A stretch of DNA of 64,000 nt from Mizuhopecten yessoensis (Eukaryota). Position 1 is the stretch's first letter. Each line of letters starts with the position of its first letter. The notes under the pieces are model-generated. The model saw only the letters and a list, made by a program, of their open reading frames with translations. It was not told where the DNA came from and ran no database searches. Shown piece by piece: positions 14,881-28,573 of this stretch. The stretch is taken from assembly GCF_002113885.1 (NCBI RefSeq), contig NW_018405229.1, forward strand, positions 96,086 to 160,085, in the 5' to 3' direction. Both the position numbers and the translations under genes were made by a program.

Positions 14881-15689
14881 CACCTTTCTGGTTTTCATTT
14901 TGAGGACACGGCATTGTTGATATTTGACAATGATTTTCATGGCAGGTGTGGCCGGTGAAGCGGAAGATTTGTACCCTTTTTGAATATTGTATCTTAAACT
15001 CCCTTTTATTGTGTTGTCGTGGAACTTAATATGATTTATTTCATTTTGTTGTTGTTGTTGGTACTTTGCACTGGAAGTTTGGTTCCTTTTAAAAATATTT
15101 TAAAATGACTACTCAAATACATACTAGCAGTACATTACTTTCAAGAGCGATTTTATTCTACATGTGTTTTAGAGTCAAATACGTAACTTTTATAAATACA
15201 GTTGAGAGAAAACACAAACAAGGGTGATAAACCCCAAAAGAAGAATCACAAATAAGGTAATGGGCTATACCTGATTAATCCTGTGAGAAATAGGTTATTG
15301 TACTTCACGTATGACCCCGCGCTCGTCAGGTATCATTAGAGGATGGCACCACACTGACAGCGACATTTCGCTGTACATTTAAGGCCGTCCGCGGTCACTC
15401 CAGACATGCATCGAACAATTGGAAGCTAGAAATTACAATAGAATAGTCGAGGCCTTACAGACAGAAAAAGTCTTGCTGGGCACTTCTGACACACATTTAA
15501 GTATTTTGGCGAGTTTTATTCATAGGCAGCATTTTCTGAGAATTTGTGACTTAAGTCTCTCTTGAAGAGAAATACGAAATCCATGAATGCGATCGATGTA
15601 GGGGCTTGTTGCTATTCTAATAAGGCAATCAAAATGTATGCAATACACAAAATATGTCATTACAAATATCCGTCTGAGTGAGATAGTAA

Positions 15690-16050
15690 CGGGAGGATCA
15701 CGGCGGGGCCCCACGTCACATCTTAATTAAGGGGAGTTATCCCTCGCTTCTACAGTTCAAATAACTTATACATAAAACATGACCACTACATCCCGGCAAT
15801 CTCAGTGTAGGGGACGCTCCAGATCTGCCTAGGTCGTACACCGTCACTACCTAACCCGCTTGATTTGAATGTCACGATTTCTGATGTCACTCGCTGCATG
15901 TCGCTCCGTCTGGTGCACACGTCGCTTTTAGATGCAGTAGTCTTGGCAGCTATACTATTAGCCGGTCGCTGATTGCGCGTCTTTTCCGCCTTCGTGTAAC
16001 ACGGTTCGTATGTGATTTCTGCCAAACACAAAATTCTGCACAGGTTTTTT
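15690..16050 (+). promoter_or_regulatory. Candidate promoter / 5' region of SERT
   Basis: Locally GC- and CpG-richer unique DNA 330-700 bp upstream of the ATG, with several CGTCA/TGTCAC (CRE half-site-like) motifs. Positional inference only. Confidence 0.3.
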
Positions 16051-16379
16051 CTCTGAAATTGAGACGATATCTTTAAGAAAGAAAAATAGGTTAACCCTTT
16101 TCGAAATTATTCTCTGGTTGTCATAAACATGTTCTCTGAGCGATGTGTAAGTTCGGGGACGTAACGCCGTTCAATCCGGTTCGTTATTACATTATGCCTG
16201 GTACTATTTCTTTGATTCTGTGATCAATGCAAGCTGCAAAAAGTGACAGAAACCGTTTTCTGGGTGTTGTTACCCTAGTAACGACACCTGACAACATTGT
16301 GTGCTGTATCTCCTTTTAACCCTGTGGTTGGATTGATTTCTTGTTTATTGCCATCTCACGTGATTTTCTACCTGGAATA

Positions 16380-16578
16380 ATGGAGAAACAGGAAAAGTTA
16401 CCCCTGGGACCTACTACTCCCATTCTTGACGGAACAAAGGTCATAGCCGAAAAGGAGACGGAACCGGAAAGAGAAACATGGGGGAAGAAGATCGACTTCC
16501 TTTTGTCTGTGGTGGGATTTGCTGTGGATCTGGGGAATGTTTGGAGGTTTCCGTATATCTGTTATAAGAATGGCGGAG
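16380..16578 (+). CDS. SLC6A4: SERT-like SLC6 transporter, coding exon 1 (N-terminus, TM1)
   Basis: MEKQEK...[37 protein letters not shown], the SLC6 signature with the monoamine-binding TM1 Asp and SERT-type DLGN. Donor G|GTAGGT at 16579 (phase 1). The start codon is the first ATG of the open frame; an additional upstream exon cannot be excluded. Confidence 0.92.
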
Positions 16579-18326
16579 GTAGGTATAAACTACTAATAAC
16601 CAATAATCCCACCTTACCAATTAATGTAGCGCATGTTTTAGTCTTTGTTCATATAAAAAATACTTCAGATAATCAAAACCACTACATCGCATTCACCAAT
16701 ATTTTACTAAGATATCAGTGATCAGTGTTAATTATTATTCGTTGCGCGAAACCATCAACAGCCGTTCTACATAGTTAGAATACTTTAAAAATAAATTTTA
16801 ATGTGATTATAGAAAATATGCCACGATAAAAGCAAAGGCGGCATTTGCTAAGAAACGCATCTCTCTATATATATCAAATATTGATATCAACACTTATTTT
16901 AATCACTTGTACTCGGTAGTACAGTAATGCAAGTTATAGTGACAATCTCACTTGGGAGAGAGTCTCAACATTTTCTCAACTTTAATCAAGCACAGTAAAG
17001 TTTTTTACTGTTAAATTTATGTAATTTCCGCTTAATCATTAAAAAAACATGTCAATTTAGAGTCGCATGTCTTTTCAGGGAGTTGGAACATTTTGAAAAT
17101 AATCACAAAAAGATACGAAGTAAGTCATCAGCCAATACAAGTTTAGTTTCTTGATTTTACATCATCACATGGCCATTTCGTAATTTTAGGCTTGATCATT
17201 GGTACTAAGGCTCAGAGATTTTAACATCCTTCTCAAAGTGTATAGAAGCATATACAGAAATACATCAAAAAGTGCCTAAAAACCTGTGACACGTTACAAA
17301 ATTATGTACCACTGCCACAGATAATTTATTACTTAACTCACGTTTTATCGTAAATGTGCTGACGAAAGTCCAGCTAGATGACATTGGCAAAATTCGGGGA
17401 CTGATTTCCCTCCAACAGCTAGTCGACCAGCTTATTGCGTGAACTAATTACAAGGAATACGAAGGAAAGAAGCTCGTTTGTAGATGAAAAAAGCCAAACA
17501 AAGATTTAGTTTGCACTATGTAGCCTTTTCTCATCTGTGGTACTAAGGCCTTAAGCATGAAAATACATGTCAAAATTGTTCCGAAACAAATGTAGAAAAT
17601 AAGTCCCGTAGGATTTCAGTAAAGTGATAACAAATATCAAGAACGGTAACGCAGTGGGTACCGTACCTGCTATTAAGAATACAAGATAAGAATAGAATGG
17701 CCGGAGATGCTTTTGTGAAAAAAAGGTTGTACAATAAAAGTATATTTTTTGTATATAACTGTTTCTGATAGTTAATGTTCAAGCAAAGTTCTAGACAAAA
17801 CACAGGCCGCTGGGAGCCGGGTCTGACACCGGATACGCTACTTTATACATTCTAACCAGCGAAATATCAAATTCTATCAAATTTATAACACTGGTATATT
17901 TCACACTGTGATAATATGTGGAACAGGGGAAAAAAATCACTTTTGGTATCGACCAATCAGAAAGTCTTTTACTATTCACTTCCTTGCAGCAGATTTTATG
18001 CTCAGATACAAATGAGGCGAATGTAAAATAAGAGTTTGTTTTTGGTAAATCTTTGCTACCTACAACAAGGTAGTTATTTACCTAAGCAATTGCTTATGTT
18101 TTATTCAACAAATTTTAATAAGCAAATATACAAACGGTAGGTTTTTGTAGTAAAGCCAATTCCAAATGGCGCGCAGCCTTGTTGTCAAGCGTAACGTGAT
18201 TTGAATAAGGGGCGAAAGATTTGATACTGTACAATTTTTGTCGTTGTAGGTAGTTTGTTATGTAATAAGTAGACAATTGCATTCCATAAATTCATAGGTA
18301 TATTTAGCCATACTCGTGAATATATT

Positions 18327-18448
18327 TAAGCATTGAACTGTTTTTGTATGGTATTTATGATCTATTATAGCGCGCATTATGTTGTTTGCTTGCAAAGCTG
18401 TGTCATTCAAATAGATCATAAATACCATACAAAACAGTTCAATACTTA
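18327..18448. mobile_element. Fold-back (MITE-like) inverted repeat
   Basis: taagcattgaactgtttttgtatggtatttatgatctatt ... aatagatcataaataccatacaaaacagttcaatactta; TA at both ends. Confidence 0.7.
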
Positions 18449-21020
18449 TATTTACGTTTTCTCTGCCTCTTATGTTCTTTTTTAACTTATAATTTATATT
18501 TAAAATTCAAAATGCCCGCCTTATCGACAGTCCACAAAATTTCGTTCAAAAGTTTGAACAGCGTGTTTGTCGCGTGCTGATTGGCAAACAAAGTATTACT
18601 TTGAAATTTTAACAAACACTTCAATTTTATTCCACAATTCAGTATCAATACAATTGCGTATGATATGTCTATAGGGTGATTTAAGTTTATCAATAGAACT
18701 CTGAGCTGAAAGTTAGATTTGAAATTATTTCGATTTTTCCCCGGAACAAATTTCGCGCATGGACAAATACATTGAACACCATAAATCCGACCTTGCCCTC
18801 CACGTACGAGGGAGTTATTTTTGGAAGTTAATTCGAACTTTTCTCTTTGCTCATTTTGTGAAGAATCCAGGCGTGAGTATATTTGTTGATTGTATGGTTA
18901 CCTGACAATAGTCGGTAGATTCTATAACAGCCTCGTTATTTGACATGTTGTCAGAAACTGAGAAACCGTGGATGCGAGACGCGTGAAACTGATAGCGTTT
19001 GAAGTGAGTGATCTTGCGACGGAGCACAGGTTCGTTACAAATGTTTGTGCTGTGACTCATATCAATAGATCTGTAACATATATGTCAGTAGGTCTATAGA
19101 ATATGTGTATTTCAGACATTTGTAACGAACCCCTGTTGATCAGTGCATTGTAACAGACGATATTTCTGATAAATTGCATGAGCGTAAAAAATCCATTGCC
19201 GGCATTGGTGATTTCAACCGATGTGCATTTCATTTTTTTATTTTGCACATAAATTTACAATGACATTGTCAAATCTCACAATGCCCAGCGATATTTCAGC
19301 AGTCGTCATGTTTATTTATATTGGATTAATACGCTTAGAATTGTGTCTCGTGATGCATGGTAATTAAAGTCCCATCAACGACACAGCTTTCAAAGAGGCT
19401 ATATAGTGACAATGCCATGCAAATGTAAATATAAGGTATTCAACGGGAATCAAATACATATCCTCGATATCTTTTGTCACATCATCACGTGGTAAATATA
19501 TTTTTACACTCTGTAAAGATTTTCCAATCCAGTAACTATTTGGGTTGCCGTGGAATAACTTTGTCCTGCAACCCCAGAGTTGTCCAAAACCTCACAATCT
19601 TATCATAGAACAACAGGTTTAGCCTAAATATCGTCGATGTTTATGACGTATGATAGCTATTTAATATCATTAAGAATGTGGACAGGGCATGAAAATGACG
19701 TGTATCATTCGCAATCAAATGTGATTGAAATAAATGTTAAGTTGAAATATCATTAAAAATAAATAAATACTAAGGGATACAAAACAGATCCCTGGCGACA
19801 TCCGGCATCCGGCATCCGGCATCCTAACCCTAAACGAAACGCTATATGTTCACATTTTCAAACGAAAGTATGAGAGAGTGGTGCATTTACTTGACTGTTA
19901 CGTGAATAATTAGGCAAGAATCCGGATTTGAAGTTATATATCAACTTTATATGTCTGTATTATGTCTCAAACGTCCGAGGGACTTCATTACTAATGAACA
20001 TCGATGGACAGTTATTATAAAATAAGTTTTCTTTTGTATCTCTGCGTCAACATAGTCACGGTAACGAGTATACAGGCTAATTTTGTTTCGAACAGAAACA
20101 GGAATTGAACACTTGTTTCCTTTCGACTCTAAACTCGCTAAGCCACAGTGTGCCGAATCAGTAATGTCAGCTGTCAAACGTTCACCTACTAACACTCTTG
20201 ATGAACAGAGACGAAGAAGGCCAGCAGCTGAATCATCTGTATGACCCCGTGTTAACATCCTCTAATGAGTGGAATGGGTAACCGTGTTACCCGTCCCCCT
20301 GTCTGCCTGCAGTATTTGAGTGCTATTGGGCGAAATGTCTCTATGACTTTTGACAGCTGAATTTACTGATTCACCGGTTATTTACACTCTATGCTTGAAA
20401 AAGGAAACAGACTTTTTCAAAACCTCGCAATCTAAGTTTTCGAATCCTCTTTGTGTTTAAAACAAGTTTAGCATTTATTGATCATTGTAATGGTATTAAT
20501 GTTTTCGTTATCTAAGAATTTTGCTCGTTTAATCATACTGGCTTGTGTTTTAGCCGTAAACGAGGTTTTCAAATCCCCCTTGTTTAAACATTTACCGCTT
20601 TCAAGAGTTGTTTTATCAAAGATTATCATTTTAACTGTGTATTTGTGTTGACATTCATCAACCGTATTTAAAGTAGAGAGTGTTGTAAGACAATCACACA
20701 GGCCATTGGCATCTGTAAAAACGTTTAGGATGTCTTTCCATTGTTTCTATTTAGTGGACTATTTATCGGTACAAGCTCTATTATGAAAATATGTCCATTT
20801 TTGACACCCCTGCATTTGGGGATCGAGAAAAGAATGCACCTGCTGTTAACCACGGCATGTATCATAAGAGGCGACTTATGGGAACCCATGCAGAAACTTG
20901 TAATTTGCATTTGTGCCCAGCAGCTTGTGGACACGGAAGCGACTACACTAAATCTGCTTCTAACTACCTTTTATTTCCTTGAGCCTTGATTGGCAACACA
21001 TCACTTTTGGCTCCAGTTTC

Positions 21021-21262
21021 GAGCGTTCGCCCAGGTGAGAAGGGTTAGGATTAAGGTACTGTATGTCCTCAGGTCGGGAAATACCAAAGTCCTTAAAAAT
21101 GGTACTTGTTTCTGCCTGCTTAACGTTCAGTATTTCGGGAAATGGCAGCAGCTGGTTCACCCGTTGTCAGTCTAATGTGATCGGGCGGAATGGTGTGCTG
21201 GGTGCCATTTCAGTGACCTTATCTGTTAATAAGATAAGACGCTAAATAAAACCAAACCAAAC
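21021..21262 (+). mobile_element. Degenerate SINE (second family), probably with a Meta-type central domain
   Basis: gagcgttcgcc head remnant, ccaaagtccttaaaaatggtacttg...tgcctgcttaacgttcag central block and (aaacc)n tail. Family assignment is from recall of molluscan SINEs. Confidence 0.55.
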
Positions 21263-22189
21263 CCATTCTTTAATACAACGCATGTGTCTGCTAACAGCGC
21301 CAAAACCACACAATCTGTTCTGAAAGTTTATTGTAAAATGAATACGATTTTTAAGAATAGGAGTTTATTTCCAAAAAGATTATTTTTATTTCTTGACTTT
21401 GAAATCAAGGCACTAACGTAGCTAATAAAATATAGAAAATATGTGATAATCCATGACTGTACTATAGGTAACCTATACTTTTTTCCCCCCGATTTTCCGA
21501 CGTTCGGTTTTCTTTCAGCACATCTACCTCTTAACCTCCTTTTATATGAACGTTTTAGTCCATGTTGTGTTTCATGCCCGTAAGGGTAATTAATCATGAC
21601 TGGATTTCCCTTTGCTGTTTTTATAAAATAATTTTCAGTATTTGTTATTCAATTTGATGGAATTTACTTCGACGCTTGGTGAACATAAACGGTCTTTGTT
21701 ATTGGCGCCCATGCAGTCTGAAAATGTTACTAAACTTATATTGATCAGCACACAAACATACTATCGTAATATTATTACGTTTATATTGTATCTATACAGT
21801 TTCGGTATACATGTGGGTTGCTGATCATGAGATAATGCTATACAAATCTTACAATATGAATGAGTTGAAATATAACCTACAAGTTGTGGAATTATAATCC
21901 CACAGTATAAATGTAAAAATAGGATGTGGTTTTAGTATCTAACAGTATCTGAGTATAATCGGTACGTGGCATTAGCGTCTAAACGTATGTATATTAAATA
22001 ATAGGATGTGCTATCGAATTCTTACAACATAAATGAAACTGATAATACATGGTCAAAATGTGAGGTACAATCAGAAATAAATAAGTAGAAAGCTAAGCAA
22101 CTAAGTAATACTGGAACAACTAGGGTAAAGGTGCAGTCATTCTTAAACTGATTGGCTGATTAACACGTAGGAATCGTAATAGAATTAAT

Positions 22190-22360
22190 GTCTAAAGCAA
22201 AAAAACTGAAACTAATCATATCACTTAAATTTAGTCTAAAACAAAAACACTGAAACTGATCATTATTATTTAAATTTAGTCTAAAAAAAAATGAAACTAA
22301 TCATATCACTTAAATTTAGTCTAAAACAAAAACACTGAAACTGATCATTATTATTTAAAT
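22190..22360. repeat. ~85-bp dimer duplicated (four ~43-bp subunits)
   Basis: gaaactaatcatatcacttaaatttagtctaaaac at 22208 and 22293. Confidence 0.85.
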
Positions 22361-24018
22361 ATACCAAGCAATTAGCCCTTTATTTTTTTGTTATCAGGAA
22401 TAAACAATCATAAAACCGATTATTTTGTATTTCTGGCTTACCCCGTTCTATAACACACGAGTTGAATATGGCCTCTGGTCCTTGTAGATTTTTCCACACA
22501 TCAGCTCTTTATTGCAGCCAATTCACACCACTAAATAATGACCGTAATAAATGAGGTCAATGCCCAATATAATGAACGTGAATACAATTGACGGAGGTTA
22601 ATAAAATCTTTTCTTTGTTTTCAGTAACAATACTGTGGGATTTAATGCGACTTTATCGAGATTGTCGTACAATGCTATGTTAACGAATAGATAATATTGG
22701 ATCCTAAATAGTTTCAAATCATTTAAGTGTAAAGGAGGGGTGCTAATTTGGGCCTTCTGGTGGCTATCACCGATAAGATTTATTTTTGTATATGCATACC
22801 TTGGGGTTACGCCATCATGATATGACATGAAATTAAGGTCAGCTTGGAGACCATTCCGAGATATGAGGGGGTAAAGTGGGGGACCAAAATCACAAATTGA
22901 CGCTTTTTTACAAAACTACATGTTATTTTTCTTTTTAAAGTTTCTTCATCATTTTGGTGTATTGCGTAACACAAAAGCTGTAAACATTAAATATGACCGA
23001 AAAGAGTAGCACATAGTTGATAAGTAGGTCACTGTGACCTTGTTATAGATTGGCTCAGTTATGTCGACACTTCTTTATTTTCTGTGCCGTTATACATATT
23101 AGAACCATACAATAATCTTACCAAATTATGTTTATAAGTATCTTAACCAAACCTCAAGAACTTGTGTTCGAAAGGAATCGGGAGGAGGGCTGGGGGAGGG
23201 TGGGGGGTGGGGGTCGGAGCAGTTAGGTGGTATACCCGACTATCCTTAAGTAGAGTCTAAATACCAAAACGTACAGAACATATCAGCAGAACATGCTCCG
23301 TATTCTTTTTGTGTCTATGGTTGAATGCTATGAGGCACTTGGCAATTTTAAAATCAAGTTTAAATATATTGAATATTAACGAAACATTGACAAGCTTTGT
23401 TTTGTAAAGCATTTCGTGTTTTATAGTATAACAACTTTATCAAAACAGCACGTTACTTGGTTACTTCATTGTGTGTTTCATCAATGCTAACTGTTACCTA
23501 CTATACCTCCGTGAAGGAGCCGACACTTAGATTACTGGCATTTGTTACCCGTTGCCTACCACGACGTTTCAATCACTCACATTCAACACAAACCATACTG
23601 ATGGAGAGATTAATATGTCATAATTAAATCGTGTAGTATACTCTCAATAATGAACAGCTCGTATTATCTCACGCCCACGTCTACAGGATTGCTCAAAGTT
23701 CGGACGCGTACATTGTATCGGAATGCTGACATATATACATATCGTGTTATGCCAAATGGTAAGCTAAAAGAAGGTAGTTTGTTGTCAGTATACGTTTTCT
23801 ATCCTGATTGCCATTTGGACTTCATGAGATCTGTCTTCGCTGTGCGATTAGACTTTTCATTGCCTGTAATTTTGGCATGGTTTTGATCTCAACATTATAC
23901 ATTGTGATGTCTACCGGATAAGTTATGACAACTCACTCATGACTTTTAAATGTTTCCCGAATACTGAGTCAGACAATCTATTTGGGGTTATAACTTTTGG
24001 GTTATGTTTCTCCTATAG

Positions 24019-25672
24019 ATACTGGATATGTAGTTTATCAGGTAAGAGACAGGATATGTAGTTTATCAGGTAAGAGACAGGATATGTAGTTTATCAGGTA
24101 AGAGACAGGATGATATATTATCAAGTAATTGACAAGATATATAGTTTATCAGGTAATTGACAGGATATGTAGTTTATTAGGTAAGAGACAGGAAATGTAG
24201 TTTATCAGGTAAGAGACAGGATATGTAGTTTATCAGGTAAGAAACAGGAAATGTAGTTTATCAGGTAAGAGACGGGATATGTAGTTTATCAGGTAATTGA
24301 CAGGATATGTAGTTTATTAGGTAAGAGACAGGAAATGTAGTTTATCAGGTAAGAGACAGGATATGTAGTTTATCAGGTAAGAAACAGGAAATGTAGTTTA
24401 TCAGGTAAGAGACAAGGTCTGTAGCTTATCAGGTATGAGAAAGGATAAGTAGCTTATCAGAAAAGAGCCAGGATATGTTGTTTATCAGGTAAGGGACACG
24501 GTATGTAGTTTATCAGGTAAGAGACAGGATATGTAGTTTATCATGTAGGAGACAGGATATGTAGTTTATCAGGTAAGAGACAGGATGAGATATTATCAGG
24601 TAATTGACAGAATATATTGTTTATCAGGTAATTGACAGGATATGTAGTTTATCAGGTAAGAGACAGGATATGTAGTTTATCAGGTAAGATAAAGGATATG
24701 TAGTTTATCAGGTAAGAGACCGGATATGTAGTTTATCATGTAAGAGACAGGATATGTAGTTTATCAGGTAAGAGACAGGATATATAGTTTATCAGGTAAG
24801 AGACTGGATATGTAGTTTCTCAGGTAAGAGACAGGATGAGATATTATCAGGTAATTGACAGAATATATAGTTTATCAGGTAATTGACAGGATATGGAGTT
24901 TATCAGGTAAGAGACATGATATGTAGGTTATCGGGTAAGAGACAGGATATGTAGTTTATCAGGTAAGAGACAGGATATATAGTTTATCAGGTAAGAGACA
25001 GGATGCGATATTATCAGGTAATTGACAGGATATGTAGTTTATTAAGTAAGAGACAGGGTATGTAGTTTATCAGGTAAGATAAAGGATATGCAGTTTATCA
25101 GGTAAGAGACAAGATCTGTAGTTTATCAGGTAAGAGACAGGATAAGTAGTTTATCAGAAAAGAGCCAGGATATGTTGTTTATCAGGTAAGAGACAGGATA
25201 TGTAGTTTATCAGGTAAGAGACAGGATGATATATTATCAAGTAATTGACAAGATATATAGTTTATCAGGTAATTGACAGGATATGTAGTTTATTAGGTAA
25301 GAGACAGGAAATGTAGTTTATCAGGTAAGAGACAGGATATGTAGTTTATCAGGTAATTGACAGGATATGTAGTTCATCAGATAAGAGACAGGGTATGTAG
25401 TTTATCAGGTAAGAGACAGTATATGTAGTTTAAGAGGTAAGATACATGATATGTAGTTTATAGGGTAAGAGACAGGATACGTAGTTTATCAGGTAAGAGA
25501 CAGGATATGTTGTTTATCAGGTAAAAGTCAGGATATGTTGTTTATCAGGTAAACGACATGATATGTAGTTTATCAGGTAAACGACAGGATATGTTGTTTA
25601 TCAGGTAAAAGAGAGGATATGTAGTTTATCATGTAAGAGACAGGATATGTAATTTGTCAGGTAAGAGACAGG
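24019..25672 (+). repeat. 28-bp minisatellite (gagacaggatatgtagtttatcaggtaa), ~59 units, intron 1
   Basis: Direct inspection; most units contain CAG|GTAAGA. Confidence 0.97.
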
Positions 25673-25885
25673 AATTTTGTCGACATAATCACAAGTTAAT
25701 TCTCGAAAACCAGCTAATCTTATTATGCATCGTAGCGAAATTCAAGCTCATCTGTATATTTGCCCCTGGTGTAGACCATACCAAATGTGTGGATTATGTC
25801 AAGTCATCGAGCTCACAGATTTATTTGAAACAATGTTAAGGAACACATGAACTAAGAATGACATATTAATATTACATATCGATTT

Positions 25886-26725
25886 TACATCGTCTCATTT
25901 ATATATAAAATGTTACATCTTCTCATGTATATATAAAATGTTACATCGTCTCATTTATATATAAAATGTTACATCCTCTAATTTTATATAAAATGTTACA
26001 TCGTCTCATTTATATATAAAATGTTACACCATCTCATTTGTATATAAAATGTTACATCGTCTCATTTATATATCAAATGTTACATCGTCTCATTGATTTA
26101 TAAAATGTTACATCGTCTAATTTATATATAAAATGTGACATCGTCTCATTTATATATAAAATGGTACATCGTCTCATTCATATATAAAATGGTACATTGT
26201 CTAATTCATATATAAAATGTTACATCGTCTCATTGATTTATAAAATGTTACATCGTCTAATTTATATATAAAATGTTACATCGTCTCATTTATATATAAA
26301 ATGGTACATCGTCTCATTCATATATAAAATGGTACATTGTCTAATTCATATATAAAATGTTACATCGTCTCATTTATATATAAAATGTTACATCCTCTAA
26401 TTTTATATAAAATGTTACATCGTCTCATTTATATATAAAATGTTACACCATCTCATTTGTATATAAAATGTTACATCGTCTCATTTATATATCAAATGTT
26501 ACATCGTCTCATTGATTTATAAAATGTTACATCGTCTAATTTATATATAAAATGTGACATCGTCTCATTTATATATAAAATGGTACATCGTCTCATTCAT
26601 ATATAAAATGGTACATTGTCTAATTCATATATAAAATGTTACATCGTCTCATTGATTTATAAAATGTTACATCGTCTAATTTATATATAAAATGTTACAT
26701 CGTCTAATTCGTATATAAAATGGTA
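25886..26725. repeat. AT-rich ~30-bp minisatellite with a 419-bp higher-order duplication
   Basis: tataaaatgttacatcgtctcattta units; variant order repeats at a 419-bp offset. Confidence 0.95.
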
Positions 26726-27782
26726 CCGTTTCAAGGCACATACGAACACACATAGCTGACTAAAACTATATGACAGTAACTTGCAATGTCACGCATTGTT
26801 GTTATTTGACAATCTGGACGCTATTTCGTATGACCTTTTAGGTTTTACAGAATTGTCCATAATCAAACACATACCGTCTGATCTTAAACCTCTTACAGCA
26901 TACCCTATCGGTTTCGTCCAGTGTGGTATTATGATAATTGATTACATTTAGAGAAGCAATGTATGGGTGATACTGTAAGTATTCCGGACTGATGGATTAT
27001 TTCTGTTTGATTCAGAGAGACATTAACAAATCACCTATGTAATGCAAATGTACAATTATCACACTGCAAGTTTATATTTTCCCTTATTATTACTTCACAC
27101 TTAGAACGTACATTTTCTTTTCCTCATCAAAGCATAATTCTAGAATTAGCTAAGCAGTTTAGCTCTCATTTAACATAGAACTTTTTCTACGCACAAATCA
27201 AGTTGAAACTTTTTATACAATGTAAGGAGTTATATGAAGATATCATGCGTAAACACCATGACATTAGGTTTACTTTGTACCACTGGGTAAACACCATCAC
27301 GCTGCCCTACATAATTATATAAGATGAGTTTTAAAGATATTTGATAAATCACATATCCGTCAACTCTTTGGTTTGTAACCTGCATTCAATAAATTGTAAC
27401 AGACAGTGGCTTATCAGCCTGACCCATGTTTCACACTGCGTTCTGGATTAGGTGTGATATGACAAGTACATGATGCCATGCCTCAAATAGACTACCACTG
27501 GGAATATTTGGGAACGTTTTTCTCCGACCTAGAAATACCACTTTAGAAAAACAACAAATCTACTAAAAATAATTTGAACCCAAAATCGATGAAACAAGGT
27601 CAAAATATGAACAAAGTGAAAAATTACATGGAGACCCTTAAACAAATACAAGGATAATAAGAGCAGGTGTTTGAATTGGTAGGCGACAACACCCGTCAGG
27701 CAACTTAAGGTCAAATCCAAGTGACGTCACGTCCTTGCATCGAGAACTCGTGAATTGAAAACAAAACCACAAGGTACACTTA

Positions 27783-28573
27783 GGGGATAGTACGTTATTT
27801 TTCGTGGCTATACTGGCGATTAGAACATAAAATTTGGGTTTGAACCCAAGACCGATAGGTCGAGAGTTTAAACCAAATTTCATGTTCTAATCGCCAGTAT
27901 AGACACGAAAAACAACGTACTATCCCCATTCTAACACACCTTCACAAATATACTACGCTAATATGTTTAGAAACATTGTATTTTCTTGTTCAAAAGTCGG
28001 TCATTTGGCCCCGCCCATACCGGCGAGCACTCGGTCATGTTGACGAGGCGGACTATTTGGATTGTTCGTGAACCTCCTGTTACCAAAGTTTATTCGACAA
28101 ATTTGGATTAATATTGACCAAGTTCTTACATTTCCATGTCAGTATGCATACCAATCTGTGCTTATCGACAGAATCGGTGATTATATTTGTATAGAATTGT
28201 GAAGAGTTTTGTATAAATGCATACGATACATGTGAAATGTTTCATTTGATTTCGGATCTAAATAGATGCCTTCACACGGATAGAACGAACGTTTCAGTAA
28301 TAAATGGAGGTAAGAACAAGGAATGCGTTCTTTTTACTTTTTAATTCATTCAACAAATACATTTCATCGGTCGTTTTTGTTCTGTTGCCTACTAGTCTTA
28401 CCAGCGGGATTTCGCTAAGAGGCGAGCTTGACGCCATATTGTTTTGGTTTGAAACGAGGCGTGGCTTAAGGGCGATGGGAGGAGCTTATCACGATTGATC
28501 ATGATTCTATCGCAGATTAGAACATGATCCGTATCCAATCCAAACACGCGTTGCAAACGAATCGTTTTAGAAT
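27783..28573. mobile_element. Non-autonomous DNA element with a left fold-back hairpin (27783-27927)
   Basis: ggggatagtacgtt...ggcgattagaacat / atgttctaatcgcc...aacgtactatcccc arms. attctaa (27928) and ttagaat (~28567) are inverted, and gattagaacat is echoed at ~28514. Right boundary is inferred. Confidence 0.6.

Noticed and set aside
16579-16721. C-terminal extensions of exon-containing ORFs in the supplied track
   Set aside because: Read-through into introns past strong GT donors; SLC6 similarity stops at the donors.
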